Below are positions 28,067 through 35,635 of a stretch of DNA of 35,660 nt, one piece after another. The position numbers and the translations under genes are program-made. The stretch is from assembly GCA_048772705.1 (NCBI GenBank), contig JBLWGC010000147.1, positions 1 through 35,660 on the forward strand, in the 5' to 3' direction. The notes below the pieces were generated by a model. It searched no databases, had not been told where the DNA came from, and worked only from the letters and a program-made list of their open reading frames with translations. Origin of the DNA: Leidyana gryllorum EB-2025a. Taxonomy: Eukaryota > Protista > Apicomplexa. Every line of letters begins with the position of its first letter. Position 1 is the first letter of the stretch.

Positions 28067-28194
28067 AACGAAGCTCTAAACTGAGCTACACCCTATTTGC
28101 CGTTGGGTGGAGCAGTGGAAGTATTGAGTGGTGGAACAATGTGCTTCAGTAACTTCCGTCAATAGGGACTCATTCGTGATGTCCAGTTAACATT

Positions 28195-28265
28195 GCCTTC
28201 TTAGCTTGGGGCAGAGCATTCGCTTAGTAAGCGAAAGGTCGCCGGTTCGATTCCGGCAGAAGGCT
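28195..28265 (+). tRNA. trnT: tRNA-Thr(AGT), 1-nt D-loop deletion
   Basis: Thr body. Confidence 0.78.
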
Positions 28266-28358
28266 TTGCTCACGCACTTAAGCTTTTCTGACTGGTCTCT
28301 CAGTGTCGATAAGGATCTGAGAGGTTTGGAGGGGAATTGCAATGCACTTTAGATTGGT

Positions 28359-28418
28359 TGTCCGAGCCTGGGTTTCCACGGCCACAGCGTGCTGTCCTAA
28401 CCACTAGACGACTCGGAC
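28359..28418 (-). pseudogene. tRNA-His with T arm deleted
   Basis: Deletion between GAGCC repeats. Confidence 0.75.
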
Positions 28419-28517
28419 AAATCTTTGAGCGAGGCTGTAGAGGTAGCGAAACATCGATCAGGATGGGATGGAACAGGAGCGTCAGACGAGCTGCGTTGCA
28501 AGAAGTCCACTCCTCAT

Positions 28518-28596
28518 TCGGGTGGGACGGAATTTACTCGTGGAATATCTGATGCCACCACTACAGTCAGATACGTTACCATCTAAGCACCCCGGG
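28518..28596 (-). pseudogene. tRNA-Tyr pseudogene
   Basis: Twin of 1720 and 13048. Confidence 0.7.
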
Positions 28597-28692
28597 CCGT
28601 AAGAGTACTTCGGGGCGGCACACCGCAGCCAGAACGACATCGGCGGTCCCAACGGAAGCCATTAACACTTTGGAACTCAGAAGGAAAGTAAT

Positions 28693-28776
28693 GCACAGAT
28701 GCCCGAGTGGTCTAAGGGGCCAGACTCAAGTTCTGGTAGGCGCAAGTCTGCATGGGTTCGAATCCCATTCTGTGCA
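28693..28776 (+). tRNA. trnL: tRNA-Leu(CAA)
   Basis: Full cloverleaf. Confidence 0.92.
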
Positions 28777-28863
28777 ACGGCGATCACCCCAAAAAAAACT
28801 GGAAAAGGCCACGGTAGATTCGAATCTCCATTTGTATATCCGGTTGCATGCACCCAAGTATTC

Positions 28864-28933
28864 GGCTGTTGCTCTGCTGGTATAATCCTTCCTCAGAGTG
28901 GAAGGAGTCCTGGGTTCGATTCCAGAACAGCCC
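28864..28933 (+). pseudogene. tRNA-Pro pseudogene
   Basis: Twin of 1385. Confidence 0.7.
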
Positions 28934-29069
28934 TATTGGTTGTCGTTTGACTTGACCGGACATGTTGCCCTCAGAACCAACACAGCCACCTCGTTAGCCC
29001 GGTTCGGTAGGCAGGGCAACTAACATCTCGAGGATCACATTTCGGCTCCCTCTTCCATGTTGCAGACTG

Positions 29070-29141
29070 AGCAGTGTAGCTCAGTGGAAGAGTGTTGGGC
29101 TCATAACCCAAATGTCCGTCGATCGAAACGACGCACTGCTA
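29070..29141 (+). tRNA. trnM: initiator tRNA-Met(CAT)
   Basis: Full cloverleaf. Confidence 0.9.
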
Positions 29142-29190
29142 AGTGTGCGCGGGAGGGAAACAGTTATAGAATTGATTGGGTCGTCAGCAA

Positions 29191-29261
29191 AGCCTTCTGC
29201 CGAAATCGAACCGGCGACCCATCGCTTACTAAACGAATGCTCTGCCCCTACGCTAAAAGGC
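29191..29261 (-). pseudogene. tRNA-Thr(AGT), degenerate
   Basis: Thr body. Confidence 0.72.
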
Positions 29262-29526
29262 ACTCCCTGTCTCGATTCATATGAGGGTTTGATGCTGGGA
29301 ATAGCATCATTTCCACCACAGAATTCAAGTGGGCCTGGGCGCGCTGGTGCAGATCCAGCAGTTGTCGTGCGATGTGATTGGAGGGGTGAGACACCAACTT
29401 ACGCATGAATTCCAATCTACCCCTTCCCCACTCGGGCAAGTTGGCAACTGTCGATTTTGCCATGCCGCGAGGAGTGGCCCCACATACGGCCGCGGTAAGT
29501 GCTTATTTTCATCGCCTTCCGTGACC

Positions 29527-29599
29527 GCCTCGGTAGCTCAGTTGGGAGAGCGCCAGACTGAAGATCTGGAAGTCCCATGTTCGATCCACGGCCGAGGCA
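29527..29599 (+). tRNA. trnF: tRNA-Phe(GAA)
   Basis: One T-stem mismatch. Confidence 0.85.
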
Positions 29600-29663
29600 G
29601 AGACGCTGTGACATTTGGTGTCACTATCTCAAGTGTCCTCAGCGGTGTGCACGACCGACAGGC

Positions 29664-29735
29664 GGCTGTTTGGTCTAGTGGTATGATTCTTCTTTCGGGT
29701 GGAAGAAGGCCTGTGTTCGACTCCCAGAAGAGCCC
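29664..29735 (+). pseudogene. tRNA-Pro(CGG), degenerate
   Basis: Pro body. Confidence 0.7.
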
Positions 29736-29873
29736 GTCTGATAGTTGTTGACTGAATGCCACGTCTCTTCAAGGTCGGCTACCATACGCGGCTCCCACTC
29801 GTATAATCCCGGATGAAGTCCAGACCAGCTGAGACAAAATCTGAGTTGCAGCAGTTGTGAGGAGCTGGAACTG

Positions 29874-29945
29874 CTCCGAGACCGGGAATCGAACCCGGGT
29901 CTTCCGCGTGACAGGCGGAAATACTAACCACTATACTATCTCGGA
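29874..29945 (-). tRNA. trnD: tRNA-Asp(GTC)
   Basis: Full cloverleaf. Confidence 0.93.
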
Positions 29946-30140
29946 CGCTCTGAACACGCCGCCCTCCAACCCCAAAAGTCCTTCCATTTTGAGATGTCAA
30001 GCACAGAAAACGCGTGGAGCGGCGAGCCAACAACATGCCGGCAAAGATGGCCGAGTTGCCCAAGACGCTGTGCTCAGACTGCAGTCCGAAAGGGCGAGGA
30101 TCTGGGGTTAACGCTTTCGAACCCCGGAGCAGTTGGACAG

Positions 30141-30220
30141 CGGGGGAAAGCTCAGTTGGTAGAGCATCTGACTGTAGTGCTGGCATCAGATAGTCGGCGG
30201 TTCGGTTCCGTCCCACCGGA
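30141..30220 (+). pseudogene. tRNA-Tyr(GTA) with 7-nt intron, degenerate
   Basis: 5' end and T-loop altered. Confidence 0.72.
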
Positions 30221-30449
30221 TGGTTTTGGCACACAGCGTTGATAGGCCAACTAGACAGCTCCGGCGAGGCTTCCATCTATTGTAGTTCGGAAAGGTTGGG
30301 AATCGATCCCAGAACCTTTCGCATACTAAGCCACCGTTTCATCATCTGGGCTAGCCTCCCACTGTGCCTACCTCATGGCATTGAGTGATACTTCACATAG
30401 TGAGACGAGTCTCTCGACTGTACCCAGCGGGTTGAACCACCGGCTAGGC

Positions 30450-30521
30450 GGCCGTTTGGTCTAGTGGTATGATCCTTCCTTAGGGTGGAAGGAGTCCTGG
30501 GTTCGATTCCCAGAACAGCCC
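30450..30521 (+). tRNA. trnP: tRNA-Pro(AGG)
   Basis: One acceptor mismatch. Confidence 0.83.
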
Positions 30522-30622
30522 GTCTGATAGTTGTTGACGCAACACGGCACTCGACCCATCCCCGACAGCTAAGACAGGATCTGAGTTGTTGACTCAACAG
30601 GCTGCAACCCGGCCATTCGCCC

Positions 30623-30695
30623 AGACGCTATTGGGACTCGAACCCAGAATCCCCGGTTCCGTAGACCGATGCCATATCCATTAGGCCATAGCGCC
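30623..30695 (-). tRNA. trnR: tRNA-Arg(ACG)
   Basis: CT ACG GA. Confidence 0.87.
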
Positions 30696-30965
30696 GACTG
30701 GCGGAGCCGTCAAATGGGAGTGTGTAGCGATCAAGACAGGACATGGGCAGCTACGCCCGATGGTGGGTGTGGGCAGACTTCACCCACATATCCCATTCGA
30801 GACATCGGGGACATACTATCCAAGCCAGGATTCGGGCCTGGGTATGCACGGCCACAACTTGCTGTTGTAAGCACCTAGACGACCCGGACAATCTTCAAGT
30901 GAGGCTGGTGGATACCAAAGCCACTTAAGATGTCGGGCTATCGGGTTTTTTGTCCTTGCATTCCT

Positions 30966-31038
30966 GCCGCCCTAGCTCAGTCGGTAGAGCGCAAGACTTT
31001 TAATCTTGCAGTCGCGGGTTCGAGCCCCGCGGGCGGTG
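30966..31038 (+). tRNA. trnK: tRNA-Lys(TTT)
   Basis: Full cloverleaf. Confidence 0.92.
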
Positions 31039-31098
31039 CAAATCAATGTCTCTGGGAGTAGGAATGGAACTGTTGCCTACAAGCACACTCAGCTGAAT

Positions 31099-31171
31099 TT
31101 CCCCTGCCGTGACTTGAACCAGGATCGAGCGGGTGAAAGCCTCATATCCAAGCCACATAGACTACAGTGAA
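31099..31171 (-). pseudogene. tRNA-Glu(TTC) pseudogene
   Basis: Many substitutions. Confidence 0.7.
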
Positions 31172-31252
31172 CGAGTCCCCGAGTTGAGGCTTCGCACGAG
31201 AGCCGTACCATGTTGAGATGAGGTGGAGCGTCGGGTTAACCGACAACCAACG

Positions 31253-31324
31253 GGGCTGTTCTGGGAATTGAACCCAGGACTTCTTCCACCCGAAGGAAGA
31301 ATAATACCACTAGACCAAACAGCC
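31253..31324 (-). tRNA. trnP: tRNA-Pro(CGG)
   Basis: Near-intact. Confidence 0.8.
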
Positions 31325-31411
31325 GCCTGTCGGTCGTGCAAACCGCTGAGGACACTTGAGATAGTGGTCATACTATGTTCAGAACCAACAAATGCGGTGG
31401 GTGTGCACAAG

Positions 31412-31484
31412 TGGCGACGAGCTCAAATGGTAGAGCGCTCGCTTTGCATGCGAGAGGTACTGGGATTGATACCCAGGTCGTCCA
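31412..31484 (+). tRNA. trnA: tRNA-Ala(TGC), degenerate
   Basis: Ala body. Confidence 0.7.
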
Positions 31485-31573
31485 AACTACATGCAACCTT
31501 GGGTGCAGAGAAACGCCTGGGGCGTGGTTCAAAACTGTGAGTGTTCTTCTTTCGATCCAATCGAGAAGCTCTT

Positions 31574-31646
31574 GCCTACGTGGCGCGATGGAAAGCGCGT
31601 TGGACTTCAAATTTAAAGGTTGCGAGTTCGCGTCTCGACGTAGGTA
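31574..31646 (+). pseudogene. Arg(TCT)-type body with TCA (opal) anticodon
   Basis: TTGGA CT TCA AA TTTAA; T-loop TTCGCGT. Confidence 0.65.
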
Positions 31647-31712
31647 GCCAAATGATCAGCAGTTTACTTCGATTATGTGGCTGACTCTAGCTGCCTTCGC
31701 TGTGGAATGTTG

Positions 31713-31785
31713 TCCACTGTAGTCTAAGTGGCTAGGATATGCGGCTTTCACCCGCACGATCCGGGTTCAAGTCCCGGCAGCGGAA
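31713..31785 (+). tRNA. trnE: tRNA-Glu(TTC)
   Basis: One acceptor mismatch. Confidence 0.83.
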
Positions 31786-31860
31786 GTCAGTGAACTACTC
31801 TAGCAAAGTGCTCCACTAATCTACGTCTATAGCGATTTTTCGTTATACCCGGCTTACATT

Positions 31861-31932
31861 GCCTTCTTAGCTTAGGGGCAGAGCGTTCGCTTCGTCACCG
31901 AGAAGTCGCCGGTTCGATTCCGGCAGAAGGCT
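31861..31932 (+). pseudogene. tRNA-Thr(CGT), anticodon arm mutated
   Basis: Thr body. Confidence 0.72.
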
Positions 31933-31997
31933 TTGATGCATCATTAGGTTAAGAGGAATGGCTGTCACCACGCACAAGATTCACAAGATCGTGTTCT

Positions 31998-32067
31998 GCA
32001 TCTGTGGTCTAGTGGAAGAGTCTCTCGCTGCCATCAAGATAACCCGTGTGCGATTCAGACAGATGCA
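31998..32067 (+). pseudogene. tRNA-Gly pseudogene
   Basis: Inverted twin of 8156. Confidence 0.65.
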
Positions 32068-32111
32068 AAACGATAGCATGATGAGTTTGTCGGCGGTTTC
32101 GATTCCGACCG

Positions 32112-32173
32112 TGGGAGTGGAGAGGATCGAACTCTCGACTTCAGGATTATGAGACCTACGCGCTACCCTCCCC
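32112..32173 (-). pseudogene. elongator Met with D-arm deletion
   Basis: Same deletion as 9523. Confidence 0.75.
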
Positions 32174-32247
32174 CCCGACTGTCTCCGAAGAATCACCCGA
32201 ACCCAGAACCATGCTGCCAGGCAGGTTGGGTCAAGATTCAACAAAGC

Positions 32248-32319
32248 GGGCTGTTCTGGGAATCGAACCAAGCACTCCTTCCACCCTAAGGAAGAATCAT
32301 ACCACTAGACCAAACAGCC
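32248..32319 (-). tRNA. trnP: tRNA-Pro(AGG), degenerate
   Basis: Pro body. Confidence 0.72.
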
Positions 32320-32403
32320 GCCTGTCGGTCGTGCAACCGCTGAGTACAGTCGAGAGAGTGATCATACGATGTTGAGAACAAAAAATGCGATGGGGTCTGC
32401 ACA

Positions 32404-32466
32404 GGGCGACTAGGTCAAATGGTAGAGCGCTCGCTTAGGTACTGGGATCGATGCCCAGGTCGTCCA
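32404..32466 (+). pseudogene. tRNA-Ala with anticodon-arm deletion
   Basis: CGCTTAG|GTACT. Confidence 0.75.
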
Positions 32467-32579
32467 AAGTACGTACGGCAGCACGTGGCGGGAGCCAAAC
32501 CCAACCTTACATCTTTGAAGGGTCGCAGACCACGCCATTGCGAGAGCAGCACAGTCACTGTCTAGGGTACCTCTGAAAC

Positions 32580-32652
32580 CGGTCCTGGCAGGTTTCGAAC
32601 CTGCGACTTTGTGGTTAACAGCCACACGCTCTGCCGACTGAGCTACAAGACC
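32580..32652 (-). tRNA. trnN: tRNA-Asn(GTT)
   Basis: Full cloverleaf. Confidence 0.92.
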
Positions 32653-32769
32653 CAGCTACAATGGTTCACAGGTTAGTATAGACATCCTCCTTTTTGTACC
32701 GCAGGATTCTGCAACCACGTCTTGTCAAGAGGGTACGGCTCTCGGCTAAAGCTGTAGCTGAGGGAGTTG

Positions 32770-32842
32770 TCCACTGTAGTCTAAGTGGCTAGGATATGCG
32801 GCTCTCACCCGCACGATCCGGGTTCAAGTCCCGGCAGTGGAA
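32770..32842 (+). tRNA. trnE: tRNA-Glu(CTC)
   Basis: Full cloverleaf. Confidence 0.92.
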
Positions 32843-32918
32843 GTCATTGAAGTACTCGAGCAAAGTGCTCCACTAATCTCCGTCAGTAGCCATCGCTTCG
32901 TTATCTCCGACTTACATT

Positions 32919-32982
32919 GCCTTCTAAGCTTAGGGGCAGAGCGTTCGCTTCGTAAGCGCCGGCTCGATTCCGGCAGAAGGCT
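32919..32982 (+). pseudogene. tRNA-Thr(CGT), internal deletion
   Basis: Variable loop lost. Confidence 0.72.
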
Positions 32983-33031
32983 TTGCTCACGACCCAGTCA
33001 AATCTATAACTGTTTCCCTCCTGCGCACACT

Positions 33032-33103
33032 TAGCAGTGCGTCGTTTCGATCGACGGACCTTTGGGTTATGAGCCCAACACTCTTCCACTGAGCTACACT
33101 GCT
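33032..33103 (-). tRNA. trnM: initiator tRNA-Met(CAT)
   Basis: Full cloverleaf. Confidence 0.93.
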
Positions 33104-33237
33104 CAGTCTGCAACATGGAAGAGGGAGCCGAAATGCGATTTTTGAGATGTTAATTGTCTTGAGTGCCGAAGTGGTAACGACGTGGTTGTGTTACTTCTAA
33201 AACCTGCTTATCCCATCGGGTCAACCGACAACCAAGA

Positions 33238-33309
33238 GGGCTGTTCTGGGAATCGAACCCAGGACTCCTTCCACCCTAAGGAAGGATCATACCACTAGAC
33301 CAAACAGCC
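33238..33309 (-). tRNA. trnP: tRNA-Pro(AGG)
   Basis: Full cloverleaf. Confidence 0.92.
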
Positions 33310-33552
33310 GCCTAGCCGGTGGTTCAACCCGCTGGGTACAGTCGAGAGACTCGTCTCACTATGTAGAGTATCACTCAATGCCACGAGGTAGGCACAGAGG
33401 GAGGCTAGTCCAGATGATGAGACGGTGCTTGGTATACGAAAGGTTCCGGGATCGATTCTCAGCCCATCCGAACTACATAGATGGAACCCTCGCCAGAGTA
33501 GTCTGGTTGGCCTATCAACGCTGTCTAGTACTTTGCCAATCACCACTCTACT

Positions 33553-33632
33553 TCCGGTGGGACGGAATCGAACCGCCGACTATCTGATGCCAGCACTACA
33601 GTCAGATGCTCTACCCACTGAGCTACCCCCGG
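33553..33632 (-). tRNA. trnY: tRNA-Tyr(GTA) with 7-nt intron
   Basis: 80 nt; intron TGCTGGC. Confidence 0.85.
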
Positions 33633-33861
33633 CCGTCCAACTGCTCCGGGGTTCGAAAGGCTCAACCCCAGATCCTCGCCCTGTCGGACTGCGGTCTGAA
33701 CACAGCGCCTTAGACAAATCGGCCATCTCGCCGGGATGTTGTTGGCTCGCCGTTCCACGCGTTTTCTGTCCTTGTGGAACCTCATAATGGAAAAACTTTT
33801 GGGGTTGGAGGAAAGTGTGTAGCCATCAAGAGAAAGTTCCATTAGAGACACCGGAGACATA

Positions 33862-33933
33862 TTGGGCGAGCCGGAAATCGAGCCTGGCTTCGCACGACCA
33901 CAACGTGCTGTCCCAACCACTAGACGACTCGGA
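33862..33933 (-). pseudogene. tRNA-His(GTG), degenerate
   Basis: His body. Confidence 0.68.
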
Positions 33934-34293
33934 TAATCTGCAAGTAGCTATCAAGGCAGTGGGGCATCAATCAGGATGAAATGTAACAGGAGCGTTATAT
34001 GCTCTCTAAATAAGCTACTCCAGGCCGTCCAACTTCTGTGAGGCTCATCGGATACGCCCCTTTCACAGCCCGGAAGCTCCGTACAGCCATGGTCTACTCC
34101 TTACGACGTCTGCTCCACACGCAGGAAAGAAGGTCCCAAGTTCTATCCTGACAAGGATGGGATTTGGATCCACGCCCATTCGGCCCTGCGCGGTCACATA
34201 CGTCCCTGCGAGTGCTACAGCTGTCCGCCCGTGTCTAATTGGCACTGGTGTTCAACGGCGTAGAATTCTAGTGAATCAGCCATGTGCTATGTC

Positions 34294-34364
34294 TGCATCT
34301 GCCGGGAATCGAAAACGGGTCGTCTCGATGGCAACGAGACATTCTACCAACAGACCATAGATGC
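34294..34364 (-). pseudogene. tRNA-Gly(GCC), T stem broken
   Basis: Inverted twin of 5900. Confidence 0.72.
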
Positions 34365-34431
34365 AGATCACGATCTTGCTGCATCTTGTACGTGGTGACA
34401 GCCGTTGTTAGAGAGCCTATCGATCCATCAA

Positions 34432-34503
34432 AGCCTTCTGTCGGAATCGAGCCGCCGACTTCTCGCTTACGAAGCAAACGCTCTGCCCCTAACTTAAGAC
34501 GGC
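34432..34503 (-). pseudogene. tRNA-Thr(CGT) pseudogene
   Basis: Inverted twin of 5761. Confidence 0.7.
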
Positions 34504-34579
34504 AATCCAAGCAGGAAATTATGCATCTATCCTCATTGAGGGAGCTTACTGAAGGTCTGTGATCGGATAGTCCGAGGAC

Positions 34580-34650
34580 TTCCACTGCCGGGACTTGAAC
34601 CCGGACCGTGCGAGTGAGAGCCGCATATCCTAGCCGGCCTCAGCCATACC
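34580..34650 (-). pseudogene. tRNA-Glu pseudogene
   Basis: Inverted twin of 5612. Confidence 0.68.
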
Positions 34651-34733
34651 CACAAGTGATCGAGACAGGGTCTGCCTCAGACGACAATCGCAACGGAAGC
34701 CGTTTGTACGCTGGAACTCAGAAGGAAAGTAAC

Positions 34734-34817
34734 GCACAGATGCCCGGGTGGTCTAAGGGGCCAGACTCAAGTTCTGGTAGGCGCAAGTCTGCATGGGTTC
34801 GAATCCCATTCCGTGCA
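34734..34817 (+). tRNA. trnL: tRNA-Leu(CAA), slightly degenerate
   Basis: Leu body. Confidence 0.8.
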
Positions 34818-34901
34818 GCGGTTCTCATTCCGGGCGGTATTGGCCATCACTTCCGAGTCTACGGCTGTACGTAAGTAGCCGTTATATCCCCCTCCCCATT
34901 C

Positions 34902-34973
34902 GGCTGTTTGGTCTAGTGGTATGATCCTTCCTTAGGGTGGAAGGAGTCCTGGGTTCGATTCCCAGAACAGCCC
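34902..34973 (+). tRNA. trnP: tRNA-Pro(AGG)
   Basis: Full cloverleaf. Confidence 0.92.
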
Positions 34974-35108
34974 TCTTGGTCGTCGGTTGACCCGACGGGA
35001 CAAGTTGCCCTCACAACCAACACAGCCACCTCGTTAGCCACTTCGGCACTCAAGGCCATTAACATCTCAAGAATCGCATTTCGGCTCCCTCTTCCATGTT
35101 GCAGACTG

Positions 35109-35180
35109 AGCACTGTAGCTCAGTGGAAGAGTGTTGAGCTCGTAACCCAAAGGTTCGTCGATCGAAACGACGCACTGCTA
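35109..35180 (+). pseudogene. initiator Met body with CGT anticodon
   Basis: Inverted twin of 3499. Confidence 0.72.
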
Positions 35181-35229
35181 AGTGTGCGCAGGAGGGAAAC
35201 AGTTATAGAATAGATTTTCTCGTGAGCAA

Positions 35230-35301
35230 AGCCTTCTGCTGGAATCGAACCGGCGACCTTTCGCTTACTAAGCGAATGCTCTGCCCCTAAGCTAAGAAGG
35301 C
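35230..35301 (-). tRNA. trnT: tRNA-Thr(AGT)
   Basis: One T-stem mismatch. Confidence 0.83.
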
Positions 35302-35429
35302 AATATCAGCTGGTAATCACGCATCAGTCACTATTGACGGAAGTTACTGGCGCACATTGTTCCACCAGTCAATCCTTCCACTGCTCCACCCAACGGCAAA
35401 GAGGGTGTAACTAAGTTTAGAGCTTCCTT

Positions 35430-35502
35430 GCCGCCCTAGCTCAGTCGGTAGAGCGCAAGACTTTTAATCTTGCAGTCGCGGGTTCGAGCCCCGCGGGCGG
35501 TG
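35430..35502 (+). tRNA. trnK: tRNA-Lys(TTT)
   Basis: Full cloverleaf. Confidence 0.92.
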
Positions 35503-35562
35503 CAAATCAATGTCTCTGGGAGTAGGAATGGAACCGTTGCCTACAAGCACATTCAGCTGGAT

Positions 35563-35635
35563 TTCCACTGCCGGGACTTGAACCCGGATCGTGCGGGTGA
35601 GAGCCGCGTATCCTAGCCACTTAGACTACAGTGGA
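35563..35635 (-). tRNA. trnE: tRNA-Glu(CTC)
   Basis: Full cloverleaf. Confidence 0.88.

Larger units (their letters stand above)
155..35635. repeat. Mosaic array of eukaryotic tRNA genes/pseudogenes (~220 elements, all 20 amino acids, both strands)
   Basis: Recurring cloverleaf sequences with A/B boxes about every 160 bp; recurring isotype-specific flanks. Confidence 0.97.

Noticed and set aside
29800-29850. Possible tRNA-Sec relic (minus strand CTCAGCTGGTCTGGACTTCATCCGG; related at ~18880 and ~18990)
   Set aside because: Only a short hairpin with a 5-nt loop; no 9/4 acceptor-T structure or long variable arm
51-35113. All listed ORFs (60-172 aa)
   Set aside because: They are shadow translations of tRNA sequence (recurrent GSIP, VRIP, GIEP, GFDS come from T-loops), overlap on both strands, and have no consistent frame or recognisable domain
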